64,000 nt of DNA from contig JASNZL010000006.1 of NCBI GenBank assembly GCA_048499675.1, forward strand, positions 2,089 through 66,088, in the 5' to 3' direction. Below are positions 17,460-27,725 of this stretch, one piece after another. The number at the start of each line of letters is the position of its first letter. The stretch's first letter is position 1. The notes under the pieces are model-generated. The model was given only the letters and a program-made list of their open reading frames with translations, was not told the DNA's origin and made no database searches. The position numbers and the translations under genes were made by a program. The stretch comes from Candidatus Zambryskiibacteriota bacterium. Its GTDB lineage: Bacteria; Patescibacteriota; Minisyncoccia; Phycocordibacterales; WO2-35-19.

Positions 17460-18362
17460 CTAAAGTTTACACACCCTCCTCATCTCCTCCAAATCCGCTT
17501 CTGTAAGCTCCAAACCAACCTCGCTATTTCCTCCAGTCAGATAATACATTACTGCATTAGAATCATCTACATGGTCCAAACCTAAAGCGTGTCCAAATTC
17601 GTGAATCATAGCAATCATCAAATCCTTTTTTCCAGAAAATTGGTAAATATTTATTTCTTGCCCACTATACTCCGCTTGGTTGAATTCAAGCCCTTTGCCA
17701 TATTTTTTGTTATACAAATCTGCAACCTTATTGTAGTCTCTCGCTGCTTCATTTCTTATCTTTAATAAATCATTTATCTCTGTAACCATAATATTCAATG
17801 CGGATGCTTCTTTATTTAATCTTGTAGCTTCATTGTTCAAAAATACACTTTCATTTTGGAGCCTATTGTAGTCACTCTCTGGTGCACCACCTCTACTATT
17901 CCAATGGTTAACTTCTCTTTCATATTCCTTTTGCCTGTTTTCAAAAACTTTTATTTCTTGTTCATATCTATCTAATCTAATTTTATAGCCCACATTAGCG
18001 GTACTTAGTTTTTCATCAAACTTCCTAAGATTTTCTTCTACCGATGAAAGCCCGGATTCAGTTTTTTGCTTTTGAATAGTATCTATTTGTCTCTGGTCAA
18101 AAATTAAATTAACTTTGAAATCAGAGCTCTCATTGTAAACAAAAGTTTCCTTGCCTATGGCCCGATTCCACACTTCATGAGACTCTTCCAAATATTTTTT
18201 AAATTCTTCCCTAGAAATACCAAATTCTGTATCAAATCTACCTACCGCATATTCAATTGTTCCACTGCAAGGATTTTTATTATATTCATATAAACCATAG
18301 CCGATATAGCCAAGGGAAGCAAATATTATGATTGAAACAAGCAAATATTTAAATATTTTCAT
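17460..18362 (-). CDS. Zinc metalloprotease, matrixin-like (peptidase M10), membrane-anchored with a coiled-coil region
   Basis: HEFGHALGLDHVDDSNAVMY is the HExxHxxGxxH motif plus the Met-turn. N-terminal TM. Confidence 0.7.
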   Translation of the reverse strand: MKIFKYLLVSIIIFASLGYIGYGLYEYNKNPCSGTIEYAVGRFDTEFGISREEFKKYLEESHEVWNRAIGKETFVYNESSDFKVNLIFDQRQIDTIQKQKTESGLSSVEENLRKFDEKLSTANVGYKIRLDRYEQEIKVFENRQKEYEREVNHWNSRGGAPESDYNRLQNESVFLNNEATRLNKEASALNIMVTEINDLLKIRNEAARDYNKVADLYNKKYGKGLEFNQAEYSGQEINIYQFSGKKDLMIAMIHEFGHALGLDHVDDSNAVMYYLTGGNSEVGLELTEADLEEMRRVCKL

Positions 18363-18870
18363 ATATAAAATTTAACATAAACACCTCTTTCTATAAACAA
18401 AAAAAATATGATTATATAATGTTATGTTTAAATTATTTAAAAGTAGAAATCTAAATATTGGTTATTTTGCAAAAAATATATCCATAGTTTTGGGGCTTGT
18501 TTTGATGTGGAGAGGTATTTGGTATGTTTTAGATGGAATAGATTATTGGCTTTTTGGAGGCAGTCATATTTATACAGGCATAGCCGGCGTAATAGTCGGG
18601 CTACTTGTTCTCTACATTCCAGACAAAGATTTAAAGGAGATATCGAAATTGTAAGTTCGAAAGTTTGAAAGTTAAAAGGTTGAAAGTTTATAAAGTAATC
18701 CACTAATCACGCTAATACATGCGGATCATAACGAATAAGTATTAGTAAGATTGGCCCGCCTACAACGCTTGAAGTGTAGCGACTGCGGGCAGGTGAATAT
18801 TAGTAATTAGTGGGTAATTTGTTATATTTAATTACTACGAAAATTTTTTAGAAATAGACCAAAAAACACC

Positions 18871-19245
18871 TTAGGGTGTTTTTTGGTTGAGAGCTTCTAC
18901 AAGCAACTGTTGGTTTTTCTCAAAATCTTTAGAGTTTCCTTTGACATTTGAATTTGGATAAACCCAAATATGCGCATGCAGAACCTCGTCCCCTACAATC
19001 TTCGAAAGTACCCAATCGGTATCAAAAACTTTTCTTTGGGCTTCTGCAATTTTTCTTACCACTTCAAAATATTCTCCCACATTGGACACATCCCAAACCC
19101 ATCTATAATGTTTTTTGGGTATTACCTGACAATGTCCCGCCGACTGTGGATTTATATCCAAAAACACCAAAAAATTATCATCTTCATAAACTGTATAGGA
19201 AGGAATTTCTTTATTCACTATTTTGCAAAAAATACAATTAGCCAT
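18871..19245 (-). CDS. HIT-family protein (Hint-like)
   Basis: Histidine triad LHAHIWVYP and an N-terminal CIFCKI. Confidence 0.6.
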   Translation of the reverse strand: MANCIFCKIVNKEIPSYTVYEDDNFLVFLDINPQSAGHCQVIPKKHYRWVWDVSNVGEYFEVVRKIAEAQRKVFDTDWVLSKIVGDEVLHAHIWVYPNSNVKGNSKDFEKNQQLLVEALNQKTP

Positions 19246-19253
19246 AATAAACT

Positions 19254-19727
19254 TTAAAAAGGTGGGTACCTATAATCGTATTCATTATTTATATTATTTA
19301 TTCTAGCACAACCAGAAAAACCATCATCCTCTCGATCAAAGGTCTCCATCTCTGCATATAAATAATATGTATTTCCGACTCTCCTATAAAAATAATCTTT
19401 TTCTGTATTGGCATACAGCGGGTCCTTTGATAATCCAGATGGTAGATACTGTGATATTGAATTATAAAATGATGTAGTGTAGGAAGGGTGAGAAATTTGT
19501 GTACACCATCCAGAACTCATAGGATAAGAATTGTTTGCAGAATAATACAGCTCTAGAGCATTTACCAGTTGTCTAATATCGACAATTCTTTTTGCATCTC
19601 TTGCTTTTGCTCTACTGTTATTAATTGAGACCATTATAATAGAAGACAAGACCCCGATAATTGCAATCACAACCAATAATTCTATTAAAGTAAACGCAGA
19701 CATTCTTTTTTTAGTAAAAGAGATCAT
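19254..19727 (-). CDS. Type IV pilin-like protein (prepilin N-terminal motif)
   Basis: FTLIELLVVIAIIGVLSSII, a class III signal peptide. Confidence 0.7.
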   Translation of the reverse strand: MISFTKKRMSAFTLIELLVVIAIIGVLSSIIMVSINNSRAKARDAKRIVDIRQLVNALELYYSANNSYPMSSGWCTQISHPSYTTSFYNSISQYLPSGLSKDPLYANTEKDYFYRRVGNTYYLYAEMETFDREDDGFSGCARINNINNEYDYRYPPF

Positions 19728-19746
19728 AAAATAATTATAAAAAAGA

Positions 19747-20499
19747 TTACATATTTAAATACCTCCTTCTTTCTTTATCTTCAAATTTCTCTATTGCATA
19801 TCTTAGAGTGGTTCTAGGTATTTGCCTTATATTTTCTTTCAAAAAAACCTTTAATTCTTTTTGACTAACGTTTTTGCCCACCTCCCTTAACATCCAACCC
19901 ATCGCCTTGTGAATCAAATCATGTTTATGATTAAAAAGTTTTTTGCAAATCACAAAAATATCTTTTGATTCACCTTTTTTTATAAAAGCATATGTAGAAA
20001 CAATAGCAATCCTTTGCTCCCACATATTTTTTGATGATATTAGTTTGTAAATAATTTTTCTGTCTTTTTTGTCGACTAGGTAACTGCCAAGTATTTGATA
20101 AGCAGAGGAATCTACCAAATCCCAATTATTGATATATTTTGTATTTTTTAGATAAAAATTAATTATTCTTTCTTTTTCAGATTCCCTATTTGTTTCTTGG
20201 AATTTTGAAACTAACACAAATAAGGCAATTAACCTTATTTCATGAATTTTATTTTTTAGAAGTGTGGAGACTTTTTTGATATTAATACTTTTGTGTTTTT
20301 TTGCAAATTTACTTAAATCTGGAACTGATATTCCTAAAAATATATCTCCTTCGCCATATTCCCCTTCGCCCGTTTTAAAATAACGAGCAAGGATTTTGGC
20401 TTTACTTGCGTTTCTTTGCTTTATTATTTCTTTCTCAATTTTATTGACAGTGATTTCCATGATTAATTTCTCACCAACTCTCCACCGCTTGCTTCCCAC
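19747..20499 (-). CDS. DNA alkylation repair enzyme (AlkC/AlkD-like HEAT-repeat glycosylase)
   Basis: Helical repeat protein with NNWDLVDSSAYQILG, which matches the pfam DNA_alkylation signature. Confidence 0.6.
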   Translation of the reverse strand: MGSKRWRVGEKLIMEITVNKIEKEIIKQRNASKAKILARYFKTGEGEYGEGDIFLGISVPDLSKFAKKHKSINIKKVSTLLKNKIHEIRLIALFVLVSKFQETNRESEKERIINFYLKNTKYINNWDLVDSSAYQILGSYLVDKKDRKIIYKLISSKNMWEQRIAIVSTYAFIKKGESKDIFVICKKLFNHKHDLIHKAMGWMLREVGKNVSQKELKVFLKENIRQIPRTTLRYAIEKFEDKERRRYLNM

Positions 20500-20900
20500 T
20501 CAATCACTCCGCCCAGATTTGTAACCTGCTCGTAACCCAAATCTTCTAAAATATTTTTTGCATTTCCTGCCCTTGCGCCAGATCTACAATAAACATAAAT
20601 GTCCTTATCCTTACTTATTTGTGTAAGTAGCGTCTCGTCTATACTTCCAAGAGGAATATTTATAGACCCTTCTATATGTCCTCCGTCCCACTCATAAGCC
20701 TCTCTTACATCTATAAGTACAATTTCTTTTTTTATAGCTTTGATTACAATTTCATCTTTATCCATTTGTTTTCCAAAATTATCACTGCTTATAACATTTG
20801 CTCCTGCACCACAAGATTCTCCAAAACATCTTGTGCTATATAAGGAGAACCCTATAATAATCAAAACAAAAACCAAACTAAATATTATACTTTTATTCAT
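20463..20900 (-). CDS. Rhodanese-domain sulfurtransferase, exported or membrane-anchored
   Basis: Active-site loop YVYCRSGARAGNA (CRSGxR). N-terminal hydrophobic segment. Confidence 0.7.
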   Translation of the reverse strand: MNKSIIFSLVFVLIIIGFSLYSTRCFGESCGAGANVISSDNFGKQMDKDEIVIKAIKKEIVLIDVREAYEWDGGHIEGSINIPLGSIDETLLTQISKDKDIYVYCRSGARAGNAKNILEDLGYEQVTNLGGVIEWEASGGELVRN

Positions 20901-21166
20901 ATTTTTATTAATTCCTTAACCCTATCTTCCAAAAAAGAAAGATATAAAATAAGTTCATCGTTAGAAAGGGACAACTTTTTTCTTGCATTCTCAATTATTT
21001 TACCTCCTTCTATTGTATTTATAGCCAGACCACCCCCCTCCTCCAAAACCAAACTTTCTCTCGATTTTTGTTGCATAAGTCTAACATATTCACTTGCATC
21101 AAAAAAAGCATTTCCTTTTATTAAATCTTCGCGCGAATCTTCATTTTTGTTTATTCTATTTTCCAT
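20897..21166 (-). CDS. Hypothetical protein
   Basis: ORF only. It is translationally coupled between the MGMT-like and rhodanese genes. Confidence 0.3.
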   Translation of the reverse strand: MENRINKNEDSREDLIKGNAFFDASEYVRLMQQKSRESLVLEEGGGLAINTIEGGKIIENARKKLSLSNDELILYLSFLEDRVKELIKI

Positions 21167-21410
21167 ATCCTTCTTTTTCTAAAAGCTCCTTTTTCCTATT
21201 TCCACCTCTATTATATCCCCCTATTTTACCATCTGACCTTATTACTCTGTGGCAAGGTATTTTTGGATTATAGTTTTTATTTAGAATATTTCCAACTGCC
21301 CGACTAGCCTTTTCATTTCCAGACATTTTTGCAACCTGCTTGTATGTTAAAACCTTTCCTCTTTTAATTTTTGAAACAACACGGAACACTTTTTCTCGAA
21401 ATGAAACCAT
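21156..21410 (-). CDS. Methylated-DNA-protein-cysteine methyltransferase, DNA-binding domain (MGMT/Ogt family, short form)
   Basis: KIPCHRVIRSDGKIGGY carries the PCHRV active-site Cys. Confidence 0.75.
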   Translation of the reverse strand: MVSFREKVFRVVSKIKRGKVLTYKQVAKMSGNEKASRAVGNILNKNYNPKIPCHRVIRSDGKIGGYNRGGNRKKELLEKEGYGK

Positions 21411-21591
21411 TATGAAAGAAATACAAATAGTTTATATACCAGAAAAATTGGCCACACTAGAGCTTTCAAAAAACCTAGTATACCAGCAGTAAATGTTGGG
21501 GCACCTAATACAAAATACACAAATGCCCCAATAAAACCAAGTCCATATAAAATACTACCGCTCCCTCCACCTTTTTGTTTATTTATCATAT

Positions 21592-21981
21592 TTATAAGTT
21601 AAGATAAGTAATTGTTATTTGTAAAATTGATGCAAAAGTAACCCAGAGTAAGTAAGGGATTTGAGCATAAAAAACAAAACTGGAATACTTTTTTATTACA
21701 ATCATTGCCCAAACAAGAGTAACCCAAACAAGAATTACATCGATCATGGCAAGAAAATTGTTTTGTAATCCAAACTGAAGAGGAGTAAATAAAAAGTTGA
21801 AAATCAAATTCAAAACAAAAGGTAGCGCGACTATTTTTGGAATTTTATTTTGAAATACAGAGATAAAAACTTTTCCAAAAGAAACTGTAATTATTATATA
21901 GAGTATTGTCCAAACAGGGCCAAAAAGAAAACTTGGTGGTGCCCATGTTGGTTTTATTAATTCTGTATACCATGTTTGCAT
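21592..21981 (-). CDS. TspO/MBR family membrane protein
   Basis: WYTELIKPTWAPPSFLFGPVWTILY is the TspO N-terminal signature. Confidence 0.6.
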   Translation of the reverse strand: MQTWYTELIKPTWAPPSFLFGPVWTILYIIITVSFGKVFISVFQNKIPKIVALPFVLNLIFNFLFTPLQFGLQNNFLAMIDVILVWVTLVWAMIVIKKYSSFVFYAQIPYLLWVTFASILQITITYLNL

Positions 21982-22042
21982 ACCTACATTTTATCATTTT
22001 TATATAAAGAAAGAACCCACTCAGGGTTCTTAGATTTATCGA

Positions 22043-22288
22043 TTACCAAAGGATTTTTAATGCCTTGAGAATCTTCTTATCCTGAGGGTTAGGCTCGGGA
22101 ATAACTTCATCAATGAGATTTGAAGGAATTTCCTTCTCGAACGTCATTACTACACTTATGTCTTTAAGTATACCAAGGTTCAATTCCTGGGCGCCTTTTA
22201 ACAAAGCTTTGAAAGTTTCGGAATTTAACAATGCACAAACAACCTCTTCTTCCACTTTCATAATCAAAGACCTCTCGTCAGGTGACAT
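22043..22288 (-). CDS. Hypothetical protein
   Basis: ORF only. A conserved 38-nt element also seen upstream of the pilin gene at 51872-51912 sits in its promoter region. Confidence 0.3.
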   Translation of the reverse strand: MSPDERSLIMKVEEEVVCALLNSETFKALLKGAQELNLGILKDISVVMTFEKEIPSNLIDEVIPEPNPQDKKILKALKILW

Positions 22289-22510
22289 TTTTTACTCCTA
22301 ACAAAATCATATATTTATTGATTCTTATGTCAAACAACCTAATAAAGAGTATTTGCTCCAAAGTAAACTCTGGACTCAAAGGAGTTCACCTCGCTCACTC
22401 TTTGATCCCGCTCTAGAGCAGTGGGGTATTCTTTCTTTTCTGCACTCCGTTCAAAAATGAAAAATTTCATTTTTCATTTTGTTCACTACGTTTGAAAATA
22501 AAAAATAGTA

Positions 22511-22924
22511 TCAAGAATTTTTAACTTCTTGAATTTGAGAGCAAAAAGCACACCTCCTTGCATCAAGAGGAATTTCACTCATACATTCTTTGCATTTTTT
22601 GGTTGTAGGATCAGCTGGTTTTTCTTTTCTAGACTTTGCCACCAAAACATTCATTGGTTTTATTATGAAGAAAAAAATAGCAGTTGCCACCAACAAAAAA
22701 GATATTGTCGCATTTAAGAATTTTCCGTAAGCAATAACACTCTCATTTATTGTAATAGAAAGCCCAGCAAAATCCGGCACTTTTGCTATAGCTCCAATAA
22801 TGGGAGTCAGAAGATCTGCCACTATTGAATTAACAACAGAGGTAAAAGCAGCGCCAATCACAACACCAACAGCCAAATCGACAACATTGCCTCTAAGTAA
22901 AAACTTTTTAAATTCTTGTAACAT
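22511..22924 (-). CDS. mscL: Large-conductance mechanosensitive channel MscL with a C-terminal CxxC-x17-CxxC zinc-ribbon extension
   Basis: MLQEFKKFLLRGNVVDLAVGVVIGAAF is canonical MscL TM1. The C-terminus is CKECMSEIPLDARRCAFCSQ. Confidence 0.8.
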   Translation of the reverse strand: MLQEFKKFLLRGNVVDLAVGVVIGAAFTSVVNSIVADLLTPIIGAIAKVPDFAGLSITINESVIAYGKFLNATISFLLVATAIFFFIIKPMNVLVAKSRKEKPADPTTKKCKECMSEIPLDARRCAFCSQIQEVKNS

Positions 22925-22943
22925 ATTTTTTGATTAATATTAA

Positions 22944-23471
22944 CTATCTAATTTTTAATTCTTTGCTCAAAACATTACCCTCAAATTCTACTTCAGCTTT
23001 AGTTATTTTTTGTAATTCATCAAAAGTAAAAATAGAGTCGAAACCTTCGTGAATATCTGGTGGAAAATTCTTTAAATTATCATTCATTCTATTTAGTACA
23101 AAATCTGGCACAACCCTTTCCCTGCTTTCATTTCTTGATTTTGCAATTTCAATAGGCACGTCAACGAAAACACCCTGCACTTTTTCCGTCCCAAAAAATC
23201 TTGCTTTACTTAAAAAGTTTTTCCTATCTTTTAAATTTGCCATTGTGGCATCAAAAACTACCACATTACCATTTCTTATTTCTCCTTCGAGTTTTTTGTA
23301 TACTTTTTGCCAAACTTCATTATTTTTTGATTGATCTGAAGCGTTGCCAGTCAATTCAAATCTAATATCATCTGGACAAATATATGAATAATTGTATTTA
23401 AGGGCAAAATCTTTTAACAAGGTTGTTTTGCCAGATCCGGGTATACCTATACCAACAATAACTTTTTTCAT
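22944..23471 (-). CDS. P-loop kinase (AAA_33/zeta-toxin/polynucleotide-kinase-like)
   Basis: Walker A GIPGSGKTT. Confidence 0.55.
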   Translation of the reverse strand: MKKVIVGIGIPGSGKTTLLKDFALKYNYSYICPDDIRFELTGNASDQSKNNEVWQKVYKKLEGEIRNGNVVVFDATMANLKDRKNFLSKARFFGTEKVQGVFVDVPIEIAKSRNESRERVVPDFVLNRMNDNLKNFPPDIHEGFDSIFTFDELQKITKAEVEFEGNVLSKELKIR

Positions 23472-24027
23472 AACTCAATTTTACCACAAAAAATTAAAGG
23501 CCTCTCAAGACCTTTAATAAAGTACATGGGACACCACTACTGCATTTGTGTGGGCCACTTTTTGTCGTAGGGGCACGGCCTTAATTTAGGCCGAAGTTCT
23601 GGTTGGGGGACTGCAGAGAGTTCTATAAAAACATTAACCCTCGCACTTTTTAATTGTTCGATAATCGTCTCGGCCTCAGGTGACTCACTAATGGCCGTGT
23701 TGATTACTTTTTTGAGTTCCAAAAGTAAACGTATTTTTTCTTCGTTCATTGTGAATACTCCTCTGAATATAGAGTAAAGATTTAGACATAAGTTGTCAAA
23801 AATACAGTGTTACTAACAAAGTGACTTATTTGTCCAATTTTGCTATAATTAATAAAGGAGAGTGTAGAGCTTGACCAAACGGGTGCAGGTCAAAAACCAC
23901 CGGAGTGTTTCCGCGACCTACCAACACTCAAGGGTGGTTTGCTCCACTCTCCCAGTTCTTTGTTCGTCTGTTCTCCCCCTCCTTCTTCGGCTCGAGCCCT
24001 TTGTGACTCGAGCCATCTTTTTTTTAC

Positions 24028-24052
24028 AAAATCACCCGCATATTATGCGGGT
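24028..24052. terminator. Bidirectional hairpin terminator
   Basis: cacccgcatattatgcgggtg with A/T runs on both sides. Confidence 0.5.
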
Positions 24053-24149
24053 GATTTCAAAAATACCATTTTTATTTACCTTTTACCGAACCTTTTTTTG
24101 GTTTCTTTTTTTCTTTTTTATGTCCATCTCCTTTGGCCATATATTTTGA

Positions 24150-24899
24150 TTAGTTATTAATTTTTTTACCAAAACCTTCAAGAGCTCGGAGTGCCTCTAT
24201 TGGCACTACATAAACAACGGTGTTGCTCTGATCAGATGACATATCATTTATAGACTGAAGAGTTCGGAGGTGCAGTGCTCCAGGAGCAGATGATAGCATT
24301 TCTGCGGCTCTTGCTATATTTTGTGAAGCGGCGAGCTCTCCTTCAGAATTAATTATTACCGCCCTCTTTTCTCTTTCTGCTTCTGCCTGCTTACCAATAG
24401 TTCTTTCTAATTCTGGCGGCAAACTTACATCTTTTAGTTCAACATTATTTACCACAAGCCCCCAAGCATCTGTTTCTTTATCCACAATCTCTCTTATCCT
24501 ATCTGCTATTTTATCCCTACTTGAAAGTAGTTCGTCGAGCGTAACTTCTCCAACGATATTTCTCATTGTCGTCTGAGCATATTGAGAAATAGCGTAACGA
24601 AAATCTTCAACTTCAATAATTGCTTTGGCCGGCTCATTTACTTTGTAATAAATAACAGCATTTACCCTAACTGAAACATTGTCTCGCGTGATTGCATTTT
24701 GATCTGGCACATCAACAGCTTTTGTTCTCACATCAACCTTTTGGTATGACTGAAAAATTGGAAAAACAAGTCTCCATCCCGGATTCATAACGCGACTATA
24801 TCTTCCAAGGGTAAATTTTATTCCCCTTTCGTATTGGTTAATTTGTTTGATACTTATGAGTATAAGCAAAATTGCAATTCCAGCTCCGATTTCGTACAT
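24150..24899 (-). CDS. SPFH/band-7 (stomatin/HflKC-like) membrane protein
   Basis: N-terminal TM followed by an SPFH core (VDVRTKAVDVPDQNAITRDNVSVRVNAVIYYKV). Confidence 0.75.
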   Translation of the reverse strand: MYEIGAGIAILLILISIKQINQYERGIKFTLGRYSRVMNPGWRLVFPIFQSYQKVDVRTKAVDVPDQNAITRDNVSVRVNAVIYYKVNEPAKAIIEVEDFRYAISQYAQTTMRNIVGEVTLDELLSSRDKIADRIREIVDKETDAWGLVVNNVELKDVSLPPELERTIGKQAEAEREKRAVIINSEGELAASQNIARAAEMLSSAPGALHLRTLQSINDMSSDQSNTVVYVVPIEALRALEGFGKKINN

Positions 24900-25214
24900 A
24901 TTTTTTGATTAAATAAATAATATTTTTGTATAAAACTACTTAATTATAACTCTTTATTTTTATCAACAAAAGTCGTTGTAAACAGTTGTTTAAAATATGT
25001 TGTTGACGATTAATATCGATTTTGTTATAAAAATGTTTGGAGGGGGCAACAGAATTCATTTCTGCAACCTTGAGTCTCTTCCCTGCAAGTCAAGCGTGGG
25101 TGGCCTCTCGCGAGCCTAACCACACTTCGCTCAAGGGTCCCTCTCCGCCAGTTCTTTTTGTCCTTTTTTGAACAAGGGCACAAACAATATGTTTGAGCCC
25201 TTTTTCTATAACAT

Positions 25215-25850
25215 TTATTCCAAAAGACTTCTTAAAACTGGGTAGATTCTGTCGGCTATTATTTTATACCCTTCATCATTTGGGTGAATTGCGTCAGACA
25301 TATAATTTTGATTACCAATGAGTCCACTTAAAACATTTGAAACATAGGCCGTCTCGTATCTGTCTCTCAATTTTTCAAAATCAGATTTGAAATCGTCCCC
25401 TATTATCCCACCCTTTATACCAAGCAAAAGTACAATCGCTCCTCTCGCTTGGATATTTTCTATAATTTTTTCTAGATTAGCAAAGGTTTCTTCCTGTGGA
25501 ACTTTTCTTAAATAATCGTTTCCACCAAGCAAAAGTATTACAACTTTTGGATTATACTTATCGAGCTCATCTATCCTTTTTAGACCATCCTCTGTTGTAT
25601 ATCCAGAAATTCCAAGATTGATTATTGGTTTACCTATTTGACGCGATAAAATAGAAACAAAATTTTTGTCTCGGGAGGTTGCCCCCATTCCATAAACCAA
25701 ACTGTCTCCAATAGCAACAATCTGAGTACCCGAGGAAGGATAATTTCTAACGTCTATTTTGTTTCTGGATTTAAAAAACCAAAAGGAAAACAGAGCAATT
25801 AAGACAAATAAAACTGTTAGATATATTTTTTTGTTTTCAACCAAATTCAT
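25215..25850 (-). CDS. SGNH/GDSL hydrolase
   Basis: GDSL block VAIGDSLVYG and a GGND block LLLGGNDY. N-terminal TM. Confidence 0.75.
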   Translation of the reverse strand: MNLVENKKIYLTVLFVLIALFSFWFFKSRNKIDVRNYPSSGTQIVAIGDSLVYGMGATSRDKNFVSILSRQIGKPIINLGISGYTTEDGLKRIDELDKYNPKVVILLLGGNDYLRKVPQEETFANLEKIIENIQARGAIVLLLGIKGGIIGDDFKSDFEKLRDRYETAYVSNVLSGLIGNQNYMSDAIHPNDEGYKIIADRIYPVLRSLLE

Positions 25851-25865
25851 TTGGTTTTTTATAAT

Positions 25866-26276
25866 TTACAAATCACTATCCTGTGTTTCTAACTTTTCTT
25901 CTTGTTTTGGGTCTTTTTCTACCAAACAATTATCTATATAAGTTGCCCCATCCAACTCTATGAACGCACCATCTCCTTTGCTCCAAAAAACGAGCGACTC
26001 ATCACTGTTTGCAAAACGCACCCCCGAAGCAGACATTGTTCTTTGTAAGTAAGCTTTAAACCCTTCAAATTTTATATATACAAAATTTTCATAATAATCT
26101 ACTCTAACTTTTTGACCTTCTTCACAAACATATTTTGCCATTATCACTGGATCTCCAGTAACCGTTCTCGCCCCAAAAGGTCGCCCTACAAAAAATCCAA
26201 CAAAAAATACAACCAAAAACAAAATGATTGCAAAGATTTGAGAAACGCTTGTAACTTTATTCCATTCTATTTTCAT
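25866..26276 (-). CDS. MliC-like lysozyme inhibitor family protein
   Basis: SASGVRFANSDESLVFWSKGDGAFIELDGATYIDNC matches the MliC core (SGSGAxY...FWxKGDEA...C). Confidence 0.55.
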   Translation of the reverse strand: MKIEWNKVTSVSQIFAIILFLVVFFVGFFVGRPFGARTVTGDPVIMAKYVCEEGQKVRVDYYENFVYIKFEGFKAYLQRTMSASGVRFANSDESLVFWSKGDGAFIELDGATYIDNCLVEKDPKQEEKLETQDSDL

Positions 26277-26459
26277 ATATTTATATTAACTATTACTTCA
26301 TTAAGATTAACAATTATTAAAACAAAACAAAACTTTTTATGTAGACTGACTCTCTGGTTGCACAAAATCCAATTTCTTTTACAAAAACCTTTAACCTCCA
26401 ACTTCTTAGCTCTTAGCTTTCCCAAAAGCTCCAAGCTTCTACCTCTAACCTTTCCCCCC

Positions 26460-27725
26460 TCAAACCACTTCTCCCAAATATGGAAACGGTAAATTTCTTA
26501 TATATAATTCCCCTTTGTGTTTTTCTCTGTAATCAAGATTTCGTCTTTGATTAGATTTCATACTTGAAGCAAGCATCAGAGAAGCTTCTCCAAATCTTTG
26601 TTTTATAAGATCAATGGTATTTACAAAACTACTCTGTTTTTTAAATTCACAGACAGCTCCAAACAAATCAACTTGTAGACTTTCATTTGGCAACAGATTA
26701 TAGAGGGTAATACCTGTCGCTCTGTATTTTTTGTTTTTATCAAATACTCCAAATAAATACTTTTCTATTTTGTTTAATATTTCACTTGGATTATTTGTAG
26801 GATAGTCGAGTTCAAAATCAAAAGTTTTCTTGGAAAAATTATCTTCTTTTATAAAAACCGAGGCTTTTTTTGCAAGCTGGTCTTCCTCTCTCAATCTAAG
26901 AGAAACAACTTCTACGTTTTTTGATATTTCAGAAAAGATAAGACTAAAATTGTTGGAGACTGGCAAAAATGAACGAGTGGCTTGCAAGGACTTTGAATAT
27001 TTTTTTGAAACACCAGAAACATCAAAAAGTCTCTCGCCTTTGAGCTCACACCAAATCTCTTGAATTGGGAGGTTAAAATATTTTGTTATTTTAGTCCTTT
27101 CGGTTTTTGTAAAATCAAGTGCATTTTGTATTCCTATATTCTGGAGTTTTAATGTTGTCTTTGCTCCTATTCCCCAAACAGAACTGATTTGGGTTTTGGA
27201 GAGACATTCATCCATATTATCTCCTGAAATTATAGTTAATCCATCAGGTTTTTGGTATTTGGAAGCCAATTTTGCCAAAACTTTTGTGTCAGCAAGCCCA
27301 AAAGAATATGTGATGCCAAGAGACCTTTGTACATCTTTTTTTATGAGAGAAATATATTCTTCAAAACCACCGTGCCTTTTTGCTTCTTTTTGATCTATCA
27401 AAACAAAACATTCGTCGATACTATACTCTTCTACACAATCTGAATACTTTTTTAGAATTTTGATTAACTTTTCTGCATATTTAGCATAGAGCTCAAAATG
27501 AGTTGGCAGAACGATAACACTCGGAAAATCTCTTCTAATTTGAAATATTGGCATTCCTCGTTTGACCCCAAGAGCTTTGGCTTCATAAGTAACAGCCGTT
27601 GCAATCCCTCTCTCTGTACCAACTACAACTGGCATATTTCTAAATTTGGGATAATTGACTCTCTCAACCGAAGCAAAAAAAGCATCCCCATCAATATGCA
27701 AAATTTTGTTTTGATATTTATTCAT
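26460..27725 (-). CDS. dinB: Y-family DNA polymerase IV
   Basis: ILHIDGDAFFASVE and the downstream Y-family palm motifs. It is co-operonic with lexA, overlapping by 4 nt. Confidence 0.85.
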   Translation of the reverse strand: MNKYQNKILHIDGDAFFASVERVNYPKFRNMPVVVGTERGIATAVTYEAKALGVKRGMPIFQIRRDFPSVIVLPTHFELYAKYAEKLIKILKKYSDCVEEYSIDECFVLIDQKEAKRHGGFEEYISLIKKDVQRSLGITYSFGLADTKVLAKLASKYQKPDGLTIISGDNMDECLSKTQISSVWGIGAKTTLKLQNIGIQNALDFTKTERTKITKYFNLPIQEIWCELKGERLFDVSGVSKKYSKSLQATRSFLPVSNNFSLIFSEISKNVEVVSLRLREEDQLAKKASVFIKEDNFSKKTFDFELDYPTNNPSEILNKIEKYLFGVFDKNKKYRATGITLYNLLPNESLQVDLFGAVCEFKKQSSFVNTIDLIKQRFGEASLMLASSMKSNQRRNLDYREKHKGELYIRNLPFPYLGEVV

